64,000 nucleotides of DNA from Cyanophora paradoxa CCMP329 (Eukaryota; Plantae; Glaucophyta): the NCBI GenBank assembly GCA_004431415.1, contig QPMI01000133.1, forward strand, positions 62,001 to 126,000, written 5' to 3'. The notes under the pieces are model-generated. The model made no database searches. It had not been told where the DNA came from and worked only from the letters and a program-made list of their open reading frames with translations. A program made the translations under genes and the position numbers. This document shows positions 43,105 through 55,256 of this stretch, piece by piece (within the stretch, counting starts at the first letter, position 1; each line of letters opens with the position of its first letter).

Positions 43105-44610
43105 GTACTACGGTGCAGTCCTACGATCAGCGCAGGCGGAGTTTGCGATTGGAAGCGCACGCATCGAGGTACATCACTTTCTCCTCGGGCAGAGGGTCGG
43201 GCAAGGGCGCAGACGAGTAGTCCCGCGTGCGCTTGCGCGAATCCCGACCGGCCTGCCGGGGGCACCGCAGTGCCACGGTGCGCGCGTCAGCAAGTATTAA
43301 TATCACCCATCGCGCGCGTGATCATGAATGATCTTGATCATGACTAGTACTCGCGCCCGGTGATCATGATCATAATCATGGCCCATGATCATGAGTGATC
43401 CGATGATCGTAGTGTTAAAAGAATGCGCGCACTTCGAGCGGGCCCGCAACCGGGGCGGCCGCGACGGGCCTGGGGTGCTTGGTGGACCCGGCCGCGCTGG
43501 GCCCGGCATCGTCGATATTCACGACCACGGTGCCGCTCTCCCACTTCTCAGAGACCATGCCCATATGCATGGCCATCGCCCCCGCGGCCGACGGCCGAGT
43601 CGCGCGCGCCGCACGCGTGCGATCGTAACGTCCCTAGGCCTGCAGCTGAGGCTGCACTGCAGACTCTCAGTCGCTGTCACAGCCGTGAGAGTCTTCAGGG
43701 CAGCCTGCAGTAGTACCGTGAGCGCGGCCGCTGAGCAGTGCAGCGAAGCGAACTCAGCTAGTAGTACTCGTACGTATACCGTAGTACGGTACGCGTTGAC
43801 TGGGAGCTGCAGCCGCTGAGCGGCAGCCTGCTGCTGCTGTTGCTGCTGTTCTACTAGTACTCTAGATCTGCAGCTGCCGCGCACTAGTACTGCGCATGCG
43901 GCACTGCAGCAGCGGCAGTGCGCAATGCGCATGCGGCTCATGATGCGGGCGGCGGGCGCGCGCGCGCGATCGCGAATCCTTATCCTGATTCAGGCCGCGT
44001 GGCCGAAATCTCGAGCCAAGATTCCGGAGTCCCCGGAACGCTTTCGATCCAAAACGAATGTTCATGATGCAGGCTGAACGCAGCCTGCAGCCGTTTTGAA
44101 CGATCGCGATCGCGATCGCGAGCTCGAGGCAGCGCTCAGCGGCCCGGCGGCTAGCGCTAGCGCTGGTTTATGATTATTATAAGCCTCCGCTAGGCTACCG
44201 AGTACCGGCGCTGGCGCCTGCAGAGGCTGCAGTTTGCAGCTGCCATGCAGCGCTAGCTCAGCGGCTGCCCGCTGCCGTCGACGTCGGACCGTCGGACGGT
44301 CCAACGTTAACTTGGCAACCCGTCGTAGAACCCGACGTCTAATATAAACTTGAAACCTGAAAAGCTCGATTGGGCGCCGTACCGATCATCGGATCGCGAG
44401 CCCCCCCTTCTTCGAGCTCGAGCGCTAGCTCTCTCTTCCCGTTCTCGTGCCCGCCACCGCCTTGTTGCGGCTGGCCCTCCCCCCCCCCCCGGGCCCCCTC
44501 AACTTGAGCCTATACTATAATATTACAGCTATAGTATGATAGCTAGCCAGAGCAGCTGCAGCTCCGAGGCTCGAAACGCGGGGGTTCGGGGACGCCTCGC
44601 GCTCGCCGCC

Positions 44611-47196
44611 TCAGTGTATGCCGCCGTAGGAGCAGCGCGCGGCGCCGCCCGCTGCCGCCGCCGCCGCCGCCGAGCGAGCCACCAGCTCCACCTGCGCCCC
44701 CGGGCCCCGGGCCGCAGGTGAGGCCGGGGTCCGCGGTCGAGTCTGGGTCTTCGGCGGGGGTCGCGACCCGGGGCGGGACTCGGGGTCTGAGGCTAGCGCT
44801 CTAGAGTCTTCGTATATGCTTCTAGGCTGCCGACCAGAGTTTAGAGTCTAGTGGAGGAGTAGAATCTAGTTCTTTAGAGCCCCGGACCGGAGTTGAGTGC
44901 CGGTCACGGGGCCCGGCCCCCGCTCTGGTGCCTTGATAAAATTCAAGGAGGGGGCCCGCGGCGTTGATCCAGGCTATATAGCTAGATCGCCCACGCCGTG
45001 ACGAGCCCACGGCGACGGGGCGGGGGGGGGGAGCCTGGTCTAGGCTTGGGCCGGGGAGCTCTTCAGCGGCGGGGCGGGCCGGGGGCGGGCCGGGGGCGGG
45101 GCGGGGCAGGGCGGGGCGGGGCGGGGAGGGGCGGGGCGGAGCGGAGCGGGGCGGGGCGGGCCTGGATGGTGGTGTGGTCGATCGCGTGCCTCGCGAGGAG
45201 GATCTCCTGCGCCTGCTCCAGCACCTCCCGCTGCCCGCATACCCCCGCGTCGGGGCCGGGGGGGGAAAGGGGATTCGGGGGGGGGGGGTACCTGGACGCG
45301 GCCCTGCTGGCCGGGCTCGGCCTCCGCCACTGCGCGACGGCCCCCGGCTCGATTCGAATCGAGAAAGGCGTACCCCTCCCCGCCCGGGCGGGGGTACCCA
45401 GGTGCACGGAGAGGGCGCGCAGGTTGACCGCCACGCTCCACACGTGCAGGTCTGGCGGGGGTACGTGCGTGAGGGGAAAGAAGCCCGTGCAGGGGTACAG
45501 ACGATAATCGAAAGCACCGTGGACCTCCGTCACGGACGCGATCTGCAGCAGGTCGCCCTTCACCGTGTCTGGGGGTACGGAAAAGATTGAGCGGAAGAAA
45601 CAGAGCAGGAGGGGTACAGGATGAGAATCGAAGGAAGGGCGCACCGGGGGAGACGCCAGGGGGGGTAGCCTCCATGAGGACGGCGACGTTTCCCGTGAGG
45701 AGGGATACCGTCGCCGGGAGCACGAGCAGCAGAACCGCCAGCGCCGCCGCCGGGTCCACCTACAAGATTTTAGAGGGGGGAAGGAGGCAGAGGGGGGTAC
45801 GGCTGCTCGCCTGGTGCCAGTGGGAGGCGAGGGGGGAGAGGAAGGGCCACGCGGGCCGGAAGTGGATCGCAAGGGCTACTAGCACCACCACCAGGCTCTG
45901 GGGGGTACGTCAAGGGGGCGGGAGGGCCTGGGCGGGGGTACGGGACGGCGGACCTGCAGGAGGCCGATGGGCCGGGGGTGCACGCAATAGGACCCGGAGC
46001 TGGGGGGTACGTGAGCGCAGGCCGGGCGATCGCTTTGGAGAGGGGCACGGCCGCTACGGGGAAGGGAGGGGGTACGGCCGCGCCTTCCGTGGGAGTGCCG
46101 GGGCGAGGCCGCCGAGTCGAGGGGGGAGGGGCCACCCCGCGCGTAGTGCACGTGACCCACGCCGCCCTCCCGCCCGCTCTGACGCCAAGGCTCAGGGGTA
46201 CGCGAAGCTCAGCGGGGGTACGGCGCGCTCGCTCGCTCGCTCGCCTTGAAGATGCCGCCGAAGATGTGGTGCACGCTGGCGGGGTACAGGGCGTGAGGAA
46301 GGAGGGGGAGGGGGGCAGGGAAGGATTCGGCTCACCTGAAGAGGGACTGCCCGTGGAGGAGTACCCCCACGAGGGCGACGATCGCGAGGGAGGCAGAGGC
46401 GGCGATCGCCATCCATTTCGTGTCCCCCAGGTCCCGCGGCTGGCAGAGGGGGGTAAGGGATTCGCCCGGGCTCGAGGGGAGGGGAGGGGGTACGGGCGCG
46501 CGTCGCTGCTCATGAGGCGGTGGACGGCGGTCCAGACGAGGAAGCCCGAGTACCCCCAGATGACGAGCACGCCCAGCACGGCTGCGGGGGCGGGGGGATG
46601 AACCGGGGTGCGGGAAGGGGGAACGAGGCGCCTGGGGGGGTACGGCACCGAAGATGATCTCGGCGCGGTGGAAGCCGTAGGACCAGCGGGCGGAGGGCGG
46701 CTTGGCAGAGAAGTACGAGGCCGCGAAGCTGCGTACCCCGGAACGCGCTCGCTCGCCAAGCGCGCGGGCCCGAGGGAGGGGGGGGAAGAGGGCGCGGGGG
46801 GGTACCTGATGGAGAGGGCGCTGAGGTCGGAGGCGAGGTGGGCGACGTCGGCGATGAGCAGGAGCGAGCCCGAGAGGGCCGTCCCCGCGATCTGAGGCGC
46901 GCGCGCGTCGGCGCGCTTGAGCTTCGACAGGAAGGAAAGCGAGCAAGCAAGCGCGTGCGGGGCGCACCTCGACGGCGGCGGCTGCGGCGGGCGGGGTCGG
47001 GCGTGCACGCGTACGTGGGGTCATGATCAGCGAGCGCGTTCCGGGCTCGCCACGGGCGGCGGGGCGCGGTCGGACCCGCGAAGAGGAGTAGCATCGAAAG
47101 GAAGAGCACGGAGCCGCCGCGGTGCGAGTTCGAGCTGTGGCACGTTTCCTGCGAAACGCGCGCGTCACATGTCCGACGGTCAGCGGTCAAGCCCAT
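44611..47196 (-). CDS. CDF/ZnT family cation efflux transporter, copy 2
   Basis: Same motifs as copy 1; first TM exon open (GSVLFLSMLLLFA); ends HTTIQ|VEL...YGGIH-TGA. Confidence 0.8.
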
Positions 47197-47641
47197 ATCG
47201 AGGACGGACGGGGCGCCTAGCAAGCGCTTCATTGCGATGAGACTCGCAGCCTCGAATTCTAAGATCTAACCGCTCGAGCTCAGCTCTGGACCCGCTGCGC
47301 GCGCGTGTGGGGTCGGAGTCAGGGTTACCTCGTGGCAGACGTGGCTGAGGAGCGGCTGCTCCTCAGCCCGTATGTATTGCGCCGCCGACGTCATTGCGAG
47401 GCCGTAGACCGGCGGGGCGTGCGCGCGCGGGGCGTTTCGGCCAGGTCAGATCGGCGGGCCTCTCTGGGTGTCCAGAGCCGCGGGGCTCGCAGCTGCAAGG
47501 CTGGACGTACTCGATCAGCTCACAGGCGAGCTAGGCCGCCGGCAAGCTTCGCGCAGGCCGACACCGTACCCCCCGGATGGCCTCTGAAAAGGCGGCTGCC
47601 CGCTCCGTAACAATCTGCGAGCACCGATCCCTCTGGCAACG

Positions 47642-49861
47642 ATGGCATCGGTACGCGCAGCGTGCGAGGGTCACGCGTTTGCTCGAAGCGCGCTGAACTG
47701 CGCTCGCAGAACGGCAAGGCGGCGAATGGCGCGGCGGCGACGGTGGACGGCGTGCTCTCCAGCATGGAGTGCATGCAGCTGGAGGACAAGCACGGCGCTC
47801 ACAAATATCCTTGAGCCGCTTACCTCTGCCACGCGCGCGGGGCGGGAGTCGCTCTCCTTCGCCCGCCTTCCCTGACCGCCGTGCACCTACCACCCGCTCC
47901 CCGTGGTGTTCTCGCGCGCGGAGGGAGTCAACGTCTGGGACCCGGAGGGCAAGAAGTACTACGATTTCCTGAGCGCTTACTCGGCCGTCAACCAGGGCCA
48001 CTGCCACCCGAAGATCATCAAGGCGCTCTGCGATCAGGCCGCCAAGTGCACGCTCAGCAGTCGCGCGTTCTTCAATGACATGCTCGGCACCTTCGCGAAG
48101 ACCGTCTGCGAGACGTTCGGCTTCGAGATGATGCTGCCCATGAACACCGGCGCCGAGGGCGTCGAGACCGCGATCAAGGCCGCACGTAAGTGGGCGTACA
48201 CCAAGGTTCGCGCTTGCTGGTGTAGCTGGAAGCAGGCGCACGCTGACGCCGCCCGCGCGCGCCGCCGAGCAGAAGAAGGTCCCGGAGGGCCAGGCGGTGA
48301 TCATCTGCTGCGAGAGCTGCTTTCACGGCCGCACCATCGCCGTCATCTCGATGTCGGACGACCCCTCCTCGTACGGCGGCTTCGGGCCGTACCTCCCCGG
48401 TGAGCGCGCGGCGCTCCTAGATCGCTTCGCGTTCCCCGTGGATAGGATGAAAGAACTTGCTCAACCGTTCCGGTGCTCCGCACCGACCGAGCCCCTGAAG
48501 CGTTCATTGATGGCGTAATCTTCTCGCTGAACCGCCGCTCCTTTCCCCGCTCCTTTCCCGCTCCTTCCTCGTCCCTCCTCTTGACCGCGCCCCGCCCGCG
48601 CGCCGCAGGGCTCGTGCGCATCCCTTACAACGACGTGGACGCGCTGGAAGAGGCGCTGAAGAAGTACGGCGACCGCGCGGCGGGCTTCCTCGTCGAGCCG
48701 ATCCAGGGCGAGGCCGGGTGCGAACGAAGAAGAAGCCCAGCCGCGCAAGCGGAGCGGCGCCGCCTTCGATTCCATTTCAGCGCGCTCGCTCGCGCATCGC
48801 TTACGCGCCGCGCAGCGTGTTCGTGCCGGACGAGGGCTACTTGGCCAAGAGCGCGGCGCTCTGCAAGAAGTACAACACGCTCTTCATCGCCGACGAGATC
48901 CAGACGGTGCGCCGCGCCTCCTCGCGGCTCGTTTAAAAACGTCGTTCTGAGCTTGGCGGGCCGCAGGGCATCGCACGCACGGGCCGAATGATCTGCTGCG
49001 AGTGGGACAACGTGAAGCCGGACATCCTCATCCTGGGAAAGGCCCTCTCCGGCGGCGTGTACCCCGTCTCCTGCATCTGCGCCTCCCGGGAGGTCCTCCT
49101 CTGCATCAAGCCGGGTACGCCGCTCCGCTTCGAGCTCCGTCCCCGTACCCCCCTCACTCTGCCCCGCAGGCGAGCACGGGAGCACTTATGGCGGCAACCC
49201 CGTCGCATGTGCCGTCGGCATCGCAGCTCTCGAGGTCGTCAAGGACGAGAGCCTCGTCAAGCGGGTACGGGAATTTCTCCCGGAGGGGGGGGGTACCGCC
49301 TCCCGTCCCTGCTGATTCCTCCCCCCCTACAGGCCGATGAGCTCGGCGAGTGGTTCCGGGCCCAGCTCCGCGGCCTTCAGAAGGAGTGCCCCTTCGTCCA
49401 GATCGTCCGCGGCCGCGGCCTCCTGAACGGTAACCGCGTACCCCCCAACTCGAAACTCGGGCCGAGCCTCAAGCTTGCCCTTCCGCCCCGCAGCCATCGT
49501 GATCGATCCGAAGTTCACCCGGACCGCCTGGGAGATCTGCCTCCTTCTCAAGTCCCGGGGGCTCCTGGCCAAGGTGCGGGAATCGCGTACCCCCTTTCCA
49601 AATCCCCCCCCCCCTCCCCCCGCCCTCCCCGACGCCTCCCGGCGCAGCCGACGCACGACAACATCATCCGCCTGGCCCCGCCCCTCGTCATCACCAAGGA
49701 GCAGCTGCAGGTACCCTCCCCTCCCTCTTCTTCCCCCCCTTCTCTGACTCAGCGTACCCCCCCCCCAGGACTGCTTCCTTATCATTTCGGGCGTCCTGCG
49801 TGACGTCGCCGGCATCTCCAAGGAGGAGCTCGCGAAGCTCGAGCCCAAGCTGCACCACTGA
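47642..49861 (+). CDS. OAT: Ornithine aminotransferase (class III PLP enzyme), multi-exon
   Basis: [92 protein letters not shown]. Confidence 0.95.
47805..47886 (+). other. U12-type AT-AC intron in OAT
   Basis: 5' ATATCCTT, branch-like TTCCCTGAC ~10 nt before the 3' end, terminal AC. Removal restores CAC AA|C TAC CAC CCG (HNYHP). Confidence 0.9.
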
Positions 49862-50568
49862 GCTCGAATCGCGGTTCCCGTCGTACCCCCAGCTTCGTTC
49901 TCTCCAGAGTCCGGCTTGAGCCCGAGCCGCGCCTCTGGGCTCCTTGGCTAGCGTTTAGCCCTTTCAAGGATGGATGTATAGACGCCCGTACCCCCTTTTC
50001 TTCCTCTGGGACCCCGGGCGTGGGGCCTTTCCCTTCCTATTTCTCGCTGTCGAGATTGTTTTATGGTAGCCCTAGCCCTAGCTAGCCCTTTCCCTAGGCC
50101 AGATTCCCCCTGGGCCCGCCGCCCGCGGGGCCACAACACTTTCTGCAGTTGCTTCAGTTTTGCCCTCCGCAGTTTCGATGCCGCTGCCTTGCAAATGCAC
50201 CAGTACAGACCGCTTGCAAAAACTGCACAGAATCGCTTTGCTTTGCGAACCGTGGGGTCGATCCGCCTCAGGGCCTACATCTATAATGATCATGATACTG
50301 TACGCGGGAAGGCGTTGGCCGCGTCGCAGTTCTAAGTGTAAATGATGTGCTTGAGCCGCAGCAGGCAGCCGCGCCGCGGCGAGCTGCCCAGCGCTAGCAT
50401 AGCTGCCCAGCTGCGCATGCAGAGAAGATAGAGTGCACGTGCACGTGGCCGCGTCGCGGCGGGCAGCAAATGGATAGTTAGATATGGATAGCTAATCATA
50501 AAGAGATCGAATTCCAAGTCGACGCTCACAAAACGGAGAGGGAGACCGCTGCCATGGCCCAGCCTAGC

Positions 50569-51754
50569 CTAGGGCATGGGGACCTCCCGGGCCCCCCGGT
50601 CGGGCTCCGGGGCGACGCGGGCTCCGGGGGGGGCCGGCGAGCCCGAGGGCAGCGCCCGCTGCGAGCCGCTGTTCGTCCTGTGCACCGCCGTACCCCCCAG
50701 GGCGCTGATGGCCCTCCCGAGCCCGCCCAGCAGCCTCCGGGTGATGCTGTCGTCGTTCCCTGTACCCCCTCCGAAGCCCGAGATCGGCACGCGCTTCTCG
50801 GGCCTCCGGTGCCGCACGACGTCTGTTCCCGGCATCAGAAAGGGAGCGGGGGGCGGCCCGGCGGGGGTACAGGAAAGGGCGCACGGTGCTGGGATACGTT
50901 GGCCTCGTCGAAGTAGTTGATCCCGAGGCCCTCGGCCAGGCGCTGTCCCAGCTCCCTCATCTCCTGCGGGGGGTACGAGCGAGCGTTCAGGGGGTAGAGC
51001 GACAGAAGAATCTTGGGGAGGGGGGGGGGGGGTGTAGGCGCGCCTCCATCTTCCGGGAGGTACCGGATATGATCTGCTTGTCTATCCTGTACCCGTTGAA
51101 GATGAGATAGTAATACATGCGCCCGGCGTCTGCGGTGGGGCGGGGCGTGAGTGAGGCGGGGCGCTGGGGTCGATCCGCGGCCGCGCCGCGCCGCACCGAA
51201 TCGCTTCCGAACGCGGATGTAGACGTTGTGGTATTCGCCCCTCGTGACCTCCTTCTTGCCTATGCGGAAGATGTACTGCTTGGCGTTGCCGTCCAGCACG
51301 TACTCGCGCATGTCCTTGTACGAGTAAACCGTCCCCAGCGAGAAGATCGTCACGCCGACGGTCATCACAAAGTACGCCTGCCCGCCCGTCGGCGCCGCCC
51401 GGGCGCGGCGGGCGTGCGCGAGGGCCGGGGGCGGACCTGGAAGACGGCCCCAGCGATGCCGCAGAAGATCATGCCGATAAGGCCGAGGACCAGGAACACC
51501 AACGCCACCCAGAAGCGTGAGTAGCGCACTTCGTATCGGTACACTGCGCGGGCGCCCGGCGCTCAGCCTGGGTGGCGCCGGCTCTCGAAGCGTCCCGTAC
51601 CATTGTCGTTGAGCTTCTTGAAGGGATAGACGGGGTTGCGGTCTAGCTTCGAGCTATACTGCTCGTACACGGTCCTGCGCGCGGGCTCTCAGCGCGCGCG
51701 AGGCTCGCGGCGCCGACCGGCCGGGACGAACTTGCGCTGCGTGAAGATGCCCAT
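50569..51754 (-). CDS. TMEM249 (DUF4579 / CatSper-theta)-like two-TM protein, multi-exon
   Basis: NPVYPF, two TM helices, YHNVYIRV, YYYLIFNGY, LGQRLAEGLGINYFD..SQHHVVRH; recognised from memory of the family. Confidence 0.65.
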
Positions 51755-52163
51755 GGCTGCCGGCTGGCGGACCGCGGGGCCGACCCGCCCCTAGCTCGCC
51801 TTGCCCGTGGACTGCGCCCGCAAGCCGCCTCCACGCTGGGACCCGCCAAGGAGCGCCGCTCCCAAAAAGGCTCTGCCCCACCCGGCGGCCTGGCGCGCCG
51901 GCCCTGCTCCTCCCGTTCGCCACGTCCGCTCCGGCTGGCGCTTTAGAAGCCCCGACGCGCTGCCTACCGGTGCCGAGGGGAAGTTTTCGGGGTCGACGGG
52001 TACGCGCGCGAAGGGCGTCAGTGTACCCATACAGAATTTCTTCGAGAGCGCGGCCTCGGTTCCCTCGATGTACTGAGCCGCAGCAGGCAGCCGCGAGCTG
52101 CCCTACCTCCCGCCTCTACCAGCTTGGCCAGGCTGGATACGCGTGGATGGAGAAGTAGATAGA

Positions 52164-55100
52164 ATGGCCGCGGATCGGAGCGTGGAGGCCGCAGGGGGCC
52201 GCGAGGCCCTGGCGGCGGGCGTGCAATCTCCGCCCAAGGGCGAGGTGCGGCCAGACGCGCCAACCCGCGCCCGTAGCCGGGGCCCTCCCGCCAGACTTTT
52301 TCCCGCCCATCTCCCCTGCTCACGCCCCAGGCGCCGCCCGCGCAGACCTGCGTCAAGCTCAAGGTTAGATATGGCGGCACGCTTATCGGGGAGGGGCGCG
52401 ACCGCTACTACAAGGACGGTCAGTTGGTTGTCTCCGTGCGCGATCCTGCCAGGAGCCCATAACGGGACGCCCGCAGGCGAGATTCGGCTGGTAACCTTTC
52501 CCTGGATGTGTGCCTACAGCGATCTCATGTACAGGCTGGCCGAGCAGTGCGCGGTTTTCTGTTTCGTTCTCATATGGCGCCTCGCCGCGCATAAGCTCAT
52601 TACAGCTTTTCCCGTGCAGGTATGGGCCGGTAACGCTCAAGTGAGATCCAATTTTCCGCTTTGCGTCGTTTCTGCTCTTTTCCTGACGCCCCGCGGCCAG
52701 GTATGCCCTAAACGACGGCGATCTGGTTACAGTGCGCCATCTTACTTTCCCGGCTTGTCTCTCGCTTCTCTGACGTTTATTGTGCTTCAGGTTCGCTCGC
52801 AAGAGGACGTGAACGAGCTCTGCGCCGAGTATCGTGAGATGAGGTGCTGATTGCCGCCTCCCTGGTTCAAATCCTGTTCGGGCTGACGATCCCTGCAGGT
52901 CCACCACGGACAAGCGCTACATCGAAGCGTATCTGTTCGACGCTATGGAGAGCGAGCATACGCCGGCGGGGCGCGATTCGTTCGAGGAGCCGAGCATGGG
53001 GACCTCGATCAACAGCAGCATCAGGTTCGCCGAGCTTTCGCGAGAAGCGAACCCTTGTCTTCAGGCTTATCTTTCAACCGGCTGATTCGCGTCCGCGGCC
53101 GCGCAGTTTCTCCGAGTACGAGGAGATGGATCCAGCGATGGAGCTGGAGGGCGAACTCTTCCTCACGGAAGTGGACGCCGACGACGTGATTAGCGAGGAG
53201 CCCGTGAATGCAGCCGACATCCTTCCGGCTCTCGGCGCCCCGCTGTCGCCACACGTGGTCCCTCGGGGCCACGCGCCGCCCACCTTCTACGGTGGCGCCT
53301 ACTATCACCACTTCAACACGGTCACCGCCGTCCGCAGCGGCAGCGATTCGGCCGCATCGACGCCCACGGGCACGGCCGCCACTTCCCCGACGGGGCTCCA
53401 CAACGGGAACACCGGGACGGCGGCGGCGCTCGCCTTCGCCGCCGGCGGCCTCCACACGATGGATTCGCCTGTCGTTGGCGAGCGGCGGCGCAGCAGTGGC
53501 AGCAGCACCGTCGTCGGCGTCAGCCTCCGGCGAGCCAACAGCGCTGGCCTGCACAGCCCTGGAACGCGGCGTGCGGAGAGCCCGGGCGACGGCCAGCTGG
53601 GGCGCGGGAGCCCGCCGAACAACTGGCAGCTGCAGGAGGAGCTGCACGTCGACGTCGGCATCGCGGAGGGCGATGCCGAGGGCGTCGACGCGTACCCGGA
53701 GGTGCAGTCGCCAGGCGACGAGACGGAGGAGGGCGAGGTGATCGTGTACCGCCCACCGACGACCGGCCGCAAGGAGGGCTCGCCGCGCTGCCCGATGGAC
53801 ATCTGCGACCGGGACAGCTTCACCTCGATCAAGACGTGCCTGCACGGGAGCGGGCAGGCGAAGCAGCACGACGCGGCGGCGGAGGCGCCGTCGTCGGCCG
53901 AGCGGCGCGACAAGATCGCGCCGCCGAGCCAGGGATCGGCCTGCTCCTCCAGCCTGAACCTGCAGGAGGTGGCCCTCGCCACCGCCGAGGCCGTCCTCGT
54001 CTCCACGGCCGGCGACGCCGAGCCGCCCAGCCCGCGCCGCCGCAACCTGCCGTTCGCCCTCCACGGCACCTCCCCCGCCGCCTCCATCGGCCCCGGCTCG
54101 GTCGCCGCCGGCTTCGGCCCGGGCATGAACCCGCTCAGCCTGCGCCGCATCGGCGTCGACCGCAACGTCCCGGAGAGCAATTTGATCCCCTTCTCGGACC
54201 TGGACCTGGGCGAGCCGCTCGGCAGCGGCGGCTTCGGGGAGGTGGTCAAGGCCAACTGGCGTGGCACGGAGGTCGCCGTCAAGCGCCTCTACCACTCGGT
54301 GGCGCCCAAGATCCTCATGAGCGAGTTCCGGGAGGAGGTCGCCCTCCTCTCGCGGCTGCGCCACCCGAACATCGTGCTCTTCATGGGCTGGTGCGCCCCG
54401 CCGGAGCTCTCCATCGTCACCGAGCTCTGCTGGGGCTCCCTCTACACCGTCCTCCGCATGCCCAGCGTCGTTCTCCAGTGGCCCAAGATCCTCAAGCTCG
54501 CCTTCGTGCGCCCCTTTCCTTTTCTCGTGCGCTTCGAAGCCGAGGGAGCCCCGCTGACGCCGCGCGGCTCGCAGGAGATCGCCAAGGGCATGAACTACCT
54601 GCACAACTGCTCGCCAGCGATCGTGCACCTGGACCTGAAGAGCCAGAACATCCTCGTGGACAGCAACATGACGGCGAAGATCGGCGACTTCGGGCTCTCG
54701 CGCTACAAGATGTCGTCGTTCATCTCCGGGCGCCACGGCATGCGCGGCACCTTCGGCTGGATGGCCCCAGAGGTCATCGGTGCGCTCCCCTCCTCTTCTT
54801 CCGCCTTGTTCCTCTTCTTCCTCTTCTCACGCCTGCCGCGCAGAGAAGGTCCCGTTCGACGAGAAGGCCGACGTCTGGTCCTACGGCATCCTCCTCTGCG
54901 AGCTCTGCACGCGGCGCGACCCGTTCGAGGGGAAGGACCAGTACCAGATCGTGTACGAGGTGATGGTCCAGAAAACCGTGCCGGACCTGCCGGCCTCGGT
55001 GCCGGCCGAGTTCCGCCGACTCGTCCTCGACTGCCTCGAGTACGCGCCGGCCAGGCGGCCCAAGTTCATCGAGATCCTCAACCGCGTCCAGGCCCAGTGC

Positions 55101-55256
55101 GTCATTTTTATTATGGTTCTCTATCGAAGAAGCTGTTTTCTTCGAGTAGTTCAAACTCGACCTCGCGACCCGTTCTGAAGTTTCTCCGCGCGCAGGATCC
55201 GGCACATGAAGCCGGAGCTCGAGGATCTCATCGTCGCGCCGTCGGCCGCCGCCTAA
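52164..55256 (+). CDS. PB1-domain Raf-like (TKL) protein kinase, multi-exon
   Basis: N-terminal VKLKVRYGG..YKDGEIRLV..DGDLVT|VRSQEDV (plant-type PB1). Kinase LGSGGFGEV, VAVK, LRHPNIVLFMG, HLDLKSQN, DFG, GTFGWMAPE, EKADVWSYG. Confidence 0.88.

Noticed and set aside
27867-47196. Composite transposon or LTR element formed by the two direct repeats
   Set aside because: The repeats are the CDF gene bodies, similarity stops near the start and stop codons, and no transposase, RT, TIR or TSD is seen.
16566-49861. Polyamine/ornithine gene cluster linking viral AdoMetDC and host OAT
   Set aside because: About 30 kb apart, different origins, unrelated genes between; most likely coincidence.
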